DNA from: Coniocarpon cinnabarinum
Taxonomy: Eukaryota
Reading direction: 5' to 3'
DNA: 64,000 nucleotides
Assembly: GCA_051942205.1 (NCBI GenBank)
Contig: JAVECO010000133.1
Location: forward strand, 1-64,000
Positions 13,488-25,053 of this stretch are shown here, one piece after another. The stretch's first letter is position 1, and every line of letters starts with the position of its first letter. The notes under the pieces were generated by a model that was given only the letters and a program-made list of their open reading frames with translations, was not told the origin of the DNA and did no database searches. The translations under genes were made by a program, and so were the position numbers.

Positions 13488-15383
13488 ATGCCTGATAGCA
13501 ATCCAGCTCATCATGGAACCGTCGACATCGGCAGTAATGGCGTCCGCACCAGCATTGTGACGCTGTCTCCAAACCCTCGCCTTTTCCGTACAGTGTACGC
13601 CAACCGCATTCCAGTGTCCCTCCACGACGCTCAATACAATCAGAGTTCCCATGCTTCTGCATCTGCCACACGCCAGTCTATCCCCAGCACTACTATTTCC
13701 ACGCTCGTTGCAGCTTTGCGATCCTTCCAACGCACTTGCGCCGACCTGCATGTCCCTGGCGAAAATGTTCACGTCGTGGCTACCGAAGCCGTGCGCACAG
13801 CTCCTAACGCTGCTGACCTCATATCCGAAATCAAACGCTCTTTGCAGTGGGACATCCAGCTCTTGTCGCAGGGAGAAGAGGCCGAGATGGGAGCGCTAGG
13901 AATTGCCATGTCTGTGCCCGCGGTTCAGGGACTGTGTCTCGATCTCGGAGGCGGGAGTCTGCAATTGACGTGTGTGGATACCAGAAAGAAGCCGGCAAGA
14001 CCCGCTGAAACACAGACCTGGTGGGAAAAGGCCAAAGGAAGGGGCCTGAGTCTGCCGTATGGAGCAGCGGCTCTGAGCAGACGGCTGGCAGCGGCTGGCA
14101 AAGAGCACGCGAAGATCAAAGAACTGCAGCAGGAGATCACAATAGAATTGAGACAGGCAGTGGAAAGCACAGGCATCCTCGAGAGGCATGGGGACTCGCA
14201 AGAGCTTGCTCTATACGTCAGTGGCGGTGGATTTAGAGGATGGGGATATTTGCTCATGGCTTTGAGAGAAAACTATCCCATTCCTTGGATCAACGGCTTC
14301 AGTGCCAGTGCACATGACTTCTTCGATGTCGAATCGGTTGAGAAATTCGTGAATAGTGCAACGACGTCAGGAAAAGGTAAGGCGAAACCGGGCAAGATCT
14401 TCGGCGTCTCCAAACGCCGTCTTCAGCAGCTTCCCGCGATACGTCTTGTGGTCCAATGTCTCGCCGAAGCCTTGCAAGGGATGAAAGTTGGGGATGTGAC
14501 GTTCTGTCAAGGTGGTACACCTCTGGGCATACTATTCTCCCAGCTGTCTTCAGACGACAAAATTGCACTTTCTCATGGGGAAGCAATGCAGTTGGCCTGC
14601 ACACCAGAACCCATACAATCCTTTCACAGAGTTCATATACAACCTTGGTCGCAGTCTCCAGGACTTGTTTCTATCGATTGTGAACACGGCTTTCTAGTCT
14701 ACATTCTCGTTGATTCGGTGCCTGCAACACAGGCTCTCACGGACGTGCCTCACCCCTTTGTTCTCTCTTCAATCCCGGCTCTCGCACTCAATGTCAATAC
14801 TCATGAACACGTTATCCGTGACATCCGCGCCTCGACAGCCCTTCGCTTCCCAATAAGCAGCGAGTTTGGAAGCACATTGGGAATCACGCATTTCGAGCGC
14901 GCGGCACTCGCAATCATGCTCGTTGAGCGATGGGGCGGCAAGAAAGAGCTGCCGCCGACTGACCTGTCCACTTGGCAAGCGCTCTGCAACATCGTCGGAG
15001 AGGCAGTATGGTGGTGTCGATATCTTGGTCGTGTTTTAGCCATAATTGGGCTTGTCTATCCAGCCGCGACGACAGTTGCAGAGAAGTCAGTTCCCGAAAG
15101 CCCTAGTGGCTTGCTTCATGGGAGCGCCAGTAATGCTATTTCAGAGCAAAGCGAAGACTCTGCGCCCGCGCCGGAACGTCTGAGGTTCCGGAAGGCCAGC
15201 AAGGATGGCCTGCATGTGTGTGTTGACATTGACGAGCCGTATTTGACGGACGAGGTGCGGGATGCGGTGAAGAAGTGGGAAAAGCTGATCAAGAAGCGGC
15301 CACGGATGGGAATTTCCTGTGAGGTGAAAGCCGCACTGAGGGGTAGCCCGAGTCATGGCCGCGAAACTGAAGTCCAGGGCTGA
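13488..15383 (+). CDS. RTG2: Retrograde regulation protein 2 (Ppx/GppA, ASKHA fold)
   Basis: Single exon. Motifs VDIGSNGVR, VVATEAVRTAPN, EEAEMGALG, LDLGGGSLQL, SLPYGAAAL, SGGGFRGWGYLLM and YPIPWINGF are characteristic of fungal Rtg2. Confidence 0.88.
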   Translation: MPDSNPAHHGTVDIGSNGVRTSIVTLSPNPRLFRTVYANRIPVSLHDAQYNQSSHASASATRQSIPSTTISTLVAALRSFQRTCADLHVPGENVHVVATEAVRTAPNAADLISEIKRSLQWDIQLLSQGEEAEMGALGIAMSVPAVQGLCLDLGGGSLQLTCVDTRKKPARPAETQTWWEKAKGRGLSLPYGAAALSRRLAAAGKEHAKIKELQQEITIELRQAVESTGILERHGDSQELALYVSGGGFRGWGYLLMALRENYPIPWINGFSASAHDFFDVESVEKFVNSATTSGKGKAKPGKIFGVSKRRLQQLPAIRLVVQCLAEALQGMKVGDVTFCQGGTPLGILFSQLSSDDKIALSHGEAMQLACTPEPIQSFHRVHIQPWSQSPGLVSIDCEHGFLVYILVDSVPATQALTDVPHPFVLSSIPALALNVNTHEHVIRDIRASTALRFPISSEFGSTLGITHFERAALAIMLVERWGGKKELPPTDLSTWQALCNIVGEAVWWCRYLGRVLAIIGLVYPAATTVAEKSVPESPSGLLHGSASNAISEQSEDSAPAPERLRFRKASKDGLHVCVDIDEPYLTDEVRDAVKKWEKLIKKRPRMGISCEVKAALRGSPSHGRETEVQG

Positions 15384-16333
15384 GCGTGGTCGCGTGAGTC
15401 TCGGAAAAGAGTCATATTAGTGGTCACGAGGACCCGAAGAACGGCTCCAGAGCAAAGTCGCAGTCTTGGACTTCGATGGAAAAACTGGATGCAATGGTCT
15501 GAGTCGACTACGATGCTGTATTTCAAGCGAAGGACGGGCTATTGCTCATCGCTCCACAACGTCGTGGCCCGTTTTCGTGGACGCCGCTGATTCTGGCATG
15601 ACATTTGGGATTTGAAAACAAACAAGCTACTGCACTACCATCAAACGCCAGAAGAGCTGGTTAACCTTGTCTTTCAACAACATTATAACATGTGAGTGTC
15701 TGTTGTTGGACTATAAAGCATGAATTCAGGGGGCATGTGCTACTTGAAAGCCCACCAAGATCACAGTAATCACCGTTCCAAAGAGCGCAGCCTGTTACGC
15801 TTAAAATTGGTTCTATCCCGTTTTAAATAGGTTTAGCGATTGACTGTGAAGGTAGTGAAGTACCGTGCAAGAGCGATACCGCATTGTAGCTCATGACTTC
15901 AGAGGAAGATATGTAAGGTTACAGTATGAGCTTCGCCAGCGCCTTACTCATCTTCAGGCGGAAATGCGAAGGGCAGCTCTGCTGTCGATACGCTTCTTAC
16001 GCCCGGTCTTCCAGTGCATTGTCATGGTCTAGTCTAATCTGCTCTCGTTTTCAATTCCTTCGAGACGACAATCTCGACTCGCATTGCTACGCATGAACAC
16101 TGACATGTTCTTAAGGTAGTCGCTCATGCTCTATATCCTATACAATCCGACAGCATGCCAGAAGGTGCACCCAAAGTCGAGCATTCGCCATAGGCTCACC
16201 TCTCAAACAATCCAAACCGCCATTCCCCCAAAACGCTATCATCACAACGTCGATCGCATTCGCTATCACGAGCTCTCAAGGTCAATATTAGACATCATTC
16301 ATATTACAAAATACTATTCAATACATGAGACCG

Positions 16334-17409
16334 TTACGAGCCATTTGATATCATAACCGTTACATCATCCCGCTTGACACCCAGTTTCTGCAACGCCTCG
16401 ATTATACTTCGCTTCGTTTTCTTCTCTGCGACTGCATCTGTATTTCGACCGCTTGCGGGGATGAAAATGTGGATGATGACGATGCGATTGCTGGCACTGG
16501 AAGGGATCAGTGAAGCTCTGGGATACTCTGCCGCACGGGGAGGCGGAATATCATTGATGTCTCAGAAGCTGGAGGTAGGCGTATGAGATTGATGTGAGAG
16601 GGAGAGAGAACTCGAGGAGGAGCGCCTGGGTGTGCATGGACGTACGAATGGTTGGACTGCGTGACTGCCAGTTCCCAGGGTTCGTGCTGGGTTATGATCT
16701 GGCGCTGTGCAGCTTTGGAGAGATGGAGTTGTTGCCGGAGGATAGACTGTGCAGCGTCAGTGGCGATCTTGACTTCACGATACTATGCGACAGGATGCCG
16801 TGACGAAAGCGCCAACGGTCATGACTTGGTCCTCTCAGCCAGCCGGGTAAGGACGAGTCTCCGCCACGTGGCCACGCACAGCTCATACGAGTCCAAAACC
16901 CCCGCGAGGCCTTCCACGTCCGCGAGCTTATCTCGTCGCCAGCAAGATCAGGGAAACACCCGACGTACCTGCACGACGTCGCCCACCCTCCGCAACTCCT
17001 CAGGTTTGCGCACGCCTCGAACAACATCGATCCTCACCAACGGCACCGACTCCTCGTCCACTTCCCGCACCTTCTCACTTGCAGCCTTGAGGAGGTCGCG
17101 ACTCTTTCGCCGTTTCGGGGAGAAACGAGATACCAACACCTCTGGATCTGTCTTCTCACGCGAGTAAGCGACGAAGGAGACGTGTTTCTTTGATTTGGAG
17201 TCTGGCGAGGGCGCTGGAGCGCGTGGCAGTGCTTTGGAAAGGATATTTGATGATGAAGTAGTGGTGGAGGAGCTCTTGTTTGACAGCGCTTGGGAAGCAC
17301 TTTTGTGCACTTGAGTTTTGTCACTGCGCTGCTTGTCGCTGGTCTTGTTGCCTGGCAATTGGGTTGAGAACTTTGAGATGGGCAAGCGGAGCTTCAAGGT
17401 CGTGGGCAT
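16334..17409 (-). CDS. Tautomerase-superfamily (MSAD/Tautomerase_2-like) domain with a long Ser/Lys-rich N-terminal extension
   Basis: Exons 17409-16969, 16746-16646 and 16490-16334 give ...EESV-PLVRIDVVRGVRKPEELRRVGDVVQ|SILRQQLHLSKAAQRQIITQHEPWEL..|NRIVIIHIF...IIEALQKLGVKRDDVTVMISNGS*. PLVRID, QIITQHEP and IVIIHIF match the beta-alpha-beta tautomerase pattern. Confidence 0.75.
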
Positions 17410-18731
17410 GATCGGGGGCGATGGTCACTCAGTCATATTCATTCTCGTGCCGGGCATCAGCACCTTTGTATGCGCAAGCAACATCAGGAGGACAGCTGAA
17501 CGACCGAGCCTCGACATGTCTGAGGCGCCATTGTGCGAGTGATCTAGCGGGAGTCTAGCACCCTAGTCACGAGCAGTGGTGAAACAGGTGATGGTACTAC
17601 CTCACCTGCACACAGTTGGGGCGACTGCTCGGAGTTTGCTCGACCGGAGACCAGCCAGCAGCGACCGGCATTTATCTCGTAGTAGGACACGCTCGGTGAG
17701 CAGTGCCACGGCGAAGACCTTGGGTCTGTGTGAGTCAAAGGACGAAGGCGTTGAAGAGAGGCCTGAGACGCTTTTGGGTCTCGTTTTAGCGTGGTGGGTC
17801 CTCCGGTCTAGCGGATTTGTGAAACACCCTCGGATAAGCAAGACCGATCACCCAGATGGAGCTATATCGCCACAATTGATCTCAGTCCTGATCAAGATGG
17901 CGCCATGGTCCAAAAGAGTCGTATTGGGATCAGATGACGCGATGTAGCCTGTGTTCTGAAGAGTATCTTGTCCAACCTAGGCAGGTGTCGTACTCGGTTC
18001 GCCATCAAAAACCGCAAACACGATCCGCAGTGCATAGATAGCACAACGGCGAGCAGCTCTTTCAAAAAGCACGGCAAGAGTGCGGAAAACCGGCATCGCA
18101 CCAGAGGTTGTAAATTGCCCAAGGAACCGCAGTCCGCAACTCAGTTGTAGTGACGAGAAGCACACGGGCATGAACAACCCTGCATGAGGAGCTGCCAACA
18201 TGGGTAAGCAAACTATAGCCCACATGTACAACGACGTCGGTTGCTTGCCGAGACCAGCGAAGCAGAGGCGTCAAACGTGGTTCGTGTCAATCGCCTGCAT
18301 GTAGTCACCAGTGCAGTCTCCATCATCATTGGACGATTAATCACTTTGCCGTCCATGCATAGTGGGCCTACTAAACGGGTAAGTATCCTTCCCGTCGTGC
18401 TCGCTTGCGCCTGTCATGCAGACAGAAATTCGCAATGAGGGTCCATTGCTCGTACTTTGAGAGATTCAGTCCGACTAGACACGAACAGTAGAAAAGGAAC
18501 CGTTGCCGTAGAGGAGGAAGATGGAACGTCTTGTAGGTCGGACTTTTCACTGTAAGCGGAACCAACAGGCGCAGACATTGCTATCCTTTGATCCTTTCTT
18601 CCGTTTACTGGAACAGCGGACAGGTTACCATTGGATCCAAGCAGCCGCATACCACGCGCCTGTCTGTCGGGACTTCTCTTCTGAGACATTGTCAGTTGCC
18701 CTAAGCCAGACACACGCGATTGCGCCCTCGG

Positions 18732-20054
18732 ATGAACCCGTCAGCATTCATGAACGAACCCAGGATCAGGACAGCGCAAGAGGCCGTGCACCCGGTTCTT
18801 GCAGCTGGCGTCTCAATGATCGTCCTCCAGACGTTCTTCTTGGCGTTGAGAATATTCGCCAGAACATGGGTGAAGAGGATTCCCGTGGGCTCGGACGATC
18901 TCATGCTTGGCTGTTCGTATGTCATCAATGTCGGCATTGCTGCAGCTGGTATTGGTGGGTGGAAGAGCCTCTCTGCGCATCGAAGCTGCTAATGCGCCCT
19001 CTAGTGATGTACTCCATTGAGATACAAGGCAACCTCTCGGAGTATGCCACGTTCTTGGAGACTCCCCAACAGATCAAAACGCAGCTCATCCCCCTCCTGA
19101 AATGCGAGTACGCACTCGGGCCGCTGAACTTTTTGGGTGTCATACCGCCAAAGCTGTCGCTGGTCCTGCTGTATTTGCGAGTCTTTTCCCTCAACCCAGC
19201 TTTCCGTTGGGCCACTTACTTTGTCGCTGGAATCATTGTCCTGCCCGTGACCTCTTTCTCACTGGCGTCTTTCTTTGCCTGCAAACCCTTAAACTATTTC
19301 TGGGACAGAACGATACCAAATGGCCACTGCATCAGCTTCAATGGGTTATACAGAACGGCGCAGACCATGGGCGTCGTACAAGATGTTGCCATCTTCATCT
19401 TGCCACTATATCCTTTGTGGAAATTGTCCGCCTCGACTGAGAAGAAGATTGGGCTGTCGTGTGTATTCGCGGTGGGGGGAGTGTAAGTCGTCAATGCGAA
19501 GTAGGGCGTTGAATGAGATTGCTGACCTTTGACAGCGGTATGGTGACGGGCATTGTGAAGCTAGTCTACTTCATGTCGTACACCAGCGAGGTCCTGGAGC
19601 CGTGTAAGTGGTCTCAGTCGACGCAGCGCGTATTCAAGAGAGTTGCAGTCCTGACTGGCCACAGACATCACCGGAAAGCTCATTACCTGGGTCACGGTAG
19701 AATGCCCGATGTATCTTATAGCGTGTTGTCTTGCGGGGTCAGTCCCCAGAGATTACGAATCCCACGCACAGCCATATGTGCTAATGCGAGCCTCACAGAT
19801 GCGGTCCAATCTACACGGCTTCCGCCAAGTATCTGCAGCATGCTTCGCTAGCCAGCGCAGCCTCGTACGTTCGGCCAGGAAAGATGGCAAATGCCTTTGG
19901 GTTCGCCAAACTCGGTGGCGAAGACCACCACCAACACTTGGCTGCTGGCGGAGGACAGCAGGATTTGGAAAGCTCGGAGGAGCTGCGAAACCTGCCTGAA
20001 AACGTTGTTGTGCAAACAGACGTGAACGTATCGCATCCCCATGGATGCGTTTAA
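18732..20054 (+). CDS. PTH11-like / fungal rhodopsin-domain integral membrane protein #2
   Basis: Five exons. Motifs FLALRIFAR..GSDDLM, PKLSLVLLYLRVF, ACKPLNYFWDRTIPNGHC, DVAIFILPLYPLWKL, KKIGLSCVF and VECPMYLIACCL. Confidence 0.9.
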
Positions 20055-22358
20055 CGTGTGGATACGCAGGGACACGACGCCGTCAACAGCAGTAGACGCT
20101 GCTAACCATGAGTATCGTGTCTCAGCCGTTGTCCTTGTTTGGACACCGAGTAGTCTAGCCAGCATTTTTCGCATTTTGAGCAATCTGTAGGGACCTGACA
20201 GCAAGTGAATCCAGGCTAGTTTCGCATCACGGACGCAGAACACTAAAGCTTCAGAGGTAGCGATTCCTATGGCAAAGTCCACTGTCGAGGACTAGGGGCC
20301 CAAGAGGATTTGACGCGTTGGTTGCTGCTATCTTTGAAAGCACACGTGCATCAATGCAACATTGTGCCTCATCCAGTCTCCTGAATAAGCTTGTTGGCTT
20401 CCCGAGCCTACACTGCAAATGGCCAAGCCCGTTTGCCTCCACGCAGGTGAATGGCCACCTACATCGCTTCGCCGCAATGAGATTCCTTTGAATCTGGCCT
20501 CCGCCACGTGCTCTCGTGTGCTCAATTTCATCGCAGGTGCCGTTTAGGCGCGCGAAACGCATAAATTGCTGGCGGACAGCACAGGGAAAGAGTACCAAGC
20601 AGATCTGTGTTTGGCACTGGGTGGACGATCGCATCAGCTCTTGCGACTGGCGTGGGTTCGCACGGTTAGCTACTCCGGGGAAAATAAAAAAGCCCCAGAA
20701 CGGTGCCCCTTAGTGTCGTAGGAAGATTGCGACTGACTCAGAGCGTAAGCACGAGCCGATCTCTTTGGTGCCGCTCCTCGGCTGTGCGACTACTGCATGC
20801 CATCATGCAGGAACGCGATACCGCGTCACAACGCGAGAAAAGGAGCAGATTCGACGAGGCGAGCTGTTGCTAGGACCCGCGCTGGACAGCAGCGTTTCCG
20901 CACGCAGCAAGGGCGGACCCAGTCGCCAGTCTGGGGTTTGTTGCGGGCAGAACATGATCCATCCGTCAGCCCCATGTCTTCAGACGGTGGTGACGGCGGA
21001 CCCCACAAGCTGTCAGGGCTCGTCCCCCTCGGGAGGGATGATGCCGCCATACGCAGTCGTGGCTGTTTGCAGCCGGGTAATGGCACGCCACTGACCGACG
21101 ACCCTGTCTGATTGTCCACTGCCGCTTTCTTGTGTTTGTCGTCCACCCCATTGTGGTGTGTAGGGAGGGCATTGGGTAGGGAGCAGAGGGATAGCCACGC
21201 AGCCACGTCGATATCGGAACCAACCGCCTTAGCGCACTGTGAGGCGTTCAGACCTTTTGGGCCTTGTGGGTGTGCTAGCGTGCCAGCGCGTGCTCATCCC
21301 ACGGCGATGCAGGATGCAGGACGTCGAAGCCGTGAAGCTCGCCGGGGCCCTCGATGACAAGTCCCGATACGGACTCGCCTCATCCCTTTGCCGGAAGGTG
21401 AGGGCCTTCCGCTTGCTGTAGCGCGTGCCCACACCGGCTCGCCATTGGCTGCGGAGACGCATTGGCTTCAGTCTCGCTGGTCTGTGCTGGCGCAGACGAG
21501 ACAGAGCTGGAGCAAAAAAGCTTCGGCGGGTCTGAAGGCCAGGGCCGTTCGTCGACGCGGGCTGGGGGGTGAAAAGTGAGCGTTATTCCCTCTTCCTGCA
21601 GACGTTGCAGCGTCACTCCGTAGTCGTCCACAAGGAGAATTTTTTCACGAGACTGTGTCACTCTCTCCACGCCATACGTGCAGTCCTACACACGACCGGC
21701 ATTGCTTAGCTGCAGGTACATGGTGTGCTGGTCGGTCCAGTCATTTGCTTCACACACCATTGAGCCTCACGCTCGACGCATTCTTTTTGTCAGTCAATAC
21801 TTGTGCCGCTGGCGGGTGCGTGAGGTTGGGTGGCATCCAGCCTGTGCGGAGTGCCGACAGCTGAAGAGAAGAGAGCGCGCTCTGCCCACCGGACGAGATC
21901 AGCAGATTCGGTGCTCGCCTATGCAAGTCCACGTCCTACCGTGGACCAGAGGTGTTTGAAGGGTCGTCGTGTCATTTACCGGCGCCATCGTCCGGATGGG
22001 ATTTCCTGGTTAACGTGTGAACGATTCCATTCGGAAACCACAAGTCGCACGAGCGCATCCAATACCCAGACTTCTCACATTCTCCCCCACGCCTGCATTC
22101 CGCAGCTCGACTTCGCCTTCGGGACGTCCATTGCCCTCCATATGAATACGCTCGCTCAGCAGCGACGTGCATGAACCCTCGCCGCAACCGCAGCGTCCGC
22201 TCTTTTTGCTCCAGGAAGTGGCTTCGGACCAAGCGCGAGCAACGGGACCGTTGGGGGACGCGAAGGTTTTCATCTGGTCGCCGTTGCTTTAAACGCAACC
22301 ACCTCACACCCGTCAACAAACACAAAATCAACAACTTCTACGCCAGCCGGCGCACACC

Positions 22359-24071
22359 ATGTCTTCAACTAGTCAATCGTCGTCAAGGTCATCCCAGGAT
22401 GACGCCACCGGCGCTTCTTACAATCTAATTCTAGACCACGTCCTTACTAACCCTGGCACGCACGAAATCCCTCTACGCACAATGTACACCATCAACTCCA
22501 CGCCGCGAAGCCAGATCTCTAGACCAGCCACTCCAACGGGACACCGGACGCCCACATCACCAGCTCAAGCCAGTTTCCCCACCGAAACCCAGCAAGCTTC
22601 GGCAGAGTTCCAGACCTCGCTTCTTTCTCAGATCTCGAAACAACGCACACAGCTATGCTCGCTCCCTCCATCGTTCATCAACAGCTTTCTCCGACGTTGC
22701 TTCCCCATCCAACTTGAAATGGTCGACTTTCCTCAAGCTCTCACCGCTCTTGATTATCTGAAAGATCTGGAGCATCGACGAAGAAGAGAAGTAGCTGGTG
22801 CCCTGACGAGACTAGGGATTTCCAAAGATTCCATCGACTCAGATCCTCAAAATCTAAACCACAACAACCCCGGTGTTGCAGCGTGGGTCAAGGCCAACGA
22901 GACTCGCGAACATAAGGTTGAAGCACGCTACACACAGCTATATATCGCGCTTCGTCGCTGGATTCTCATTAATGAGCTCTCGCTTCGGCCATTCTCCCGC
23001 TACAACTGTTTGGCTATGCTCAACACCCTCTACCCACCGTTGCTGCATGACATGGATCAAGGACCGTCACACCAACCCACAGCAATGCTTACTCCCGAAG
23101 TGCTTTCAAACCAACGTCGAGGCTTCCTCGACTGGATTCAAAAGGTGGAGCAGGATGGGTACAGTTCTCTCGCACCTCTGATGGATATCGGGAAACGCGC
23201 CGAAGACGAGAATGGCTGGCCTGCCGTTCGTGTCTGCCTCGATGAATATCTTCGCCTAGTTAATCACGTCATTGAAGACTGCTCTGCCGTGATCTCTGCA
23301 GAGGATCTGGACAGCAATGGTCAACGTCGTCCCAGCGCAGGCTGGTCTGACAGCACGGGCCGCTCGTCCCGAAAGGCTGACTCCGGTGTCAGCTTCACGT
23401 CCAAGGACACTCCTAACACAAGCATCTCCAGCAGCAAGCGTCCTAGCACGAGCGGCTCGGAGGGAAAGGAGAATCTCCGACCCAAGACACCAAGCTATGA
23501 GACCGAACGCACACGTACAGGAGGCAGCACCCTTGAAAAGCTGGCTCGCGAGATCCGCCGATTCCGCAGTCCCCAGAATCAACCCGAGAGCCAGCCAGTG
23601 TCTCGCCGGCCTTCAAATATTGACCCACAACAGCATAGCCGTGACAACAGTGATGCAAGCTCTGGCGCCGCCCGTGGGAGAGGCGCCGATCGTAACGATT
23701 CCGTCCGAAGCAAGGGCAACGTCTTGACACGTTCTTTCAGTCGCCTACGTAATCGCTCGCGGTCTCGACCGAAGACACCCGCTCCTCAAGATAATGACGC
23801 CATCCCTCCGACTCCTGCACTTCCAGAGCAGCCTATCTCGATCTTCGAAGACGACGATCCCGACGAAGGACGAGGTCGTTTCAGGCGTAGCTTGAGCGTA
23901 GGTCGTGCAAGATCTTCAAGCAGAGGATCTGGGGTGGTGAGAAAGATGAAGAGTCTCAGCGACACCCGAAAGGGGAGACAGCGTGACGAGGAAGAGTTTG
24001 ACATGGAGGAGATGAAGAGGCAGCGGCTGGCTTGGGAGAGGAGGGAGATGGGAATTGGAGAAGCCATATGA
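22359..24071 (+). CDS. Fungal hypothetical protein (570 aa; helical N-terminal half, disordered Ser/Arg-rich C-terminal half)
   Basis: Long uninterrupted ATG-initiated ORF with conserved-looking blocks (ILDHVLTNPGTHEIPLRTMY, LPPSFINSFLRRCF, VDFPQALTALDYLKDLE, YIALRRWILINEL). Confidence 0.8.
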   Translation: MSSTSQSSSRSSQDDATGASYNLILDHVLTNPGTHEIPLRTMYTINSTPRSQISRPATPTGHRTPTSPAQASFPTETQQASAEFQTSLLSQISKQRTQLCSLPPSFINSFLRRCFPIQLEMVDFPQALTALDYLKDLEHRRRREVAGALTRLGISKDSIDSDPQNLNHNNPGVAAWVKANETREHKVEARYTQLYIALRRWILINELSLRPFSRYNCLAMLNTLYPPLLHDMDQGPSHQPTAMLTPEVLSNQRRGFLDWIQKVEQDGYSSLAPLMDIGKRAEDENGWPAVRVCLDEYLRLVNHVIEDCSAVISAEDLDSNGQRRPSAGWSDSTGRSSRKADSGVSFTSKDTPNTSISSSKRPSTSGSEGKENLRPKTPSYETERTRTGGSTLEKLAREIRRFRSPQNQPESQPVSRRPSNIDPQQHSRDNSDASSGAARGRGADRNDSVRSKGNVLTRSFSRLRNRSRSRPKTPAPQDNDAIPPTPALPEQPISIFEDDDPDEGRGRFRRSLSVGRARSSSRGSGVVRKMKSLSDTRKGRQRDEEEFDMEEMKRQRLAWERREMGIGEAI

Positions 24072-24478
24072 AGCAGCATGCGTTGGCCGATTGGTTTCGA
24101 AGGGAATCTTGGCTACTGTAAAAGTTCTACGAAAAGCATTGTACGAGCACCAAGAGCACATGGGATGTATGATGAGCATGGGCGGACTCAGGGAAGACGG
24201 CTTGCAAGCATACTGGGCTCACATCAACGGAGGTCACACCTCGTTCGCAAGAGCCCATTGCAATCACAAGATTGCGAATGCCACTATATAATAGACAAAG
24301 ACGAGCAATCCAAATCGTGTTCTACTAGCACGGCTCTACTTGGACTTTTTGAGCTACGTGTAAGCCTCGTTACCATCTGCCCTTGCCCCTACCTCGCTCT
24401 ACACCTTCTACTGTCCGCCCCTGCAATTTTGTCTGCTGCATTTCAACTTCTTCACTTGAGGTGGTGTGAATCAACAAG

Positions 24479-25053
24479 ATGGGTTCACACACTGACACGG
24501 AGATGATCGAGCAGTCTTTGAAAACGCTCGAGGGAGTCACTAGTCACCTTAATTCTTGTTCCGACATCATTGTCTACTCACATCGCAAAGCCCTTGATCT
24601 AGACGATGCTCACCTTGAAGCGTACTGCGAGACTGCCAGCGACAGAATGAAGTCGATGCCGTCAAGAAACAAAGAGAAGAAGTGGCTCTCGGATCAAGTC
24701 ACCTTGCCTTGTGCTCTCCCAACTGAGGAGCGCAGGACTCGACTTGTAATAGCAATGCATGTATATCGCGAACTCGTAGGTTGTTCATCCTCGTCACGAG
24801 TTCTTAGCAGCGTACAGTGGCACTGACGAAATTTTATTAGGCAGCCGAAGCACTGAAGGAGTATAAGCCACTTCTGGACCTTAAAGAGCGGTTTACTCCT
24901 GAGCAGGCGGAACGCATCCAAGACTGTATCGGTGATCTGCGCTTTTTATCAGATGTTGTAGGTAAAGTGGAGGGCATTATCAAGGAGTGGATGATACCGG
25001 ACTGGTCAGATGAAGAGGATCAGATGGATTGGGATGTCGGACCCGAGGCGTAA
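24479..25053 (+). CDS. Small hypothetical protein (about 169 aa, 2 exons)
   Basis: Exon 24479-24775 (99 codons), intron GTAGGT..CACTGAC..TTATTAG, then exon 24841-25053 continuing in frame to an acidic tail WSDEEDQMDWDVGPEA*. Confidence 0.65.

Noticed and set aside
20251..22334. Many overlapping 60-130 aa ORFs in a GC-rich stretch
   Set aside because: Mostly non-ATG starts and no motifs. Likely the promoter/5'-UTR of the 22359 gene. Antisense ORFs over real genes elsewhere in the window were likewise ignored.
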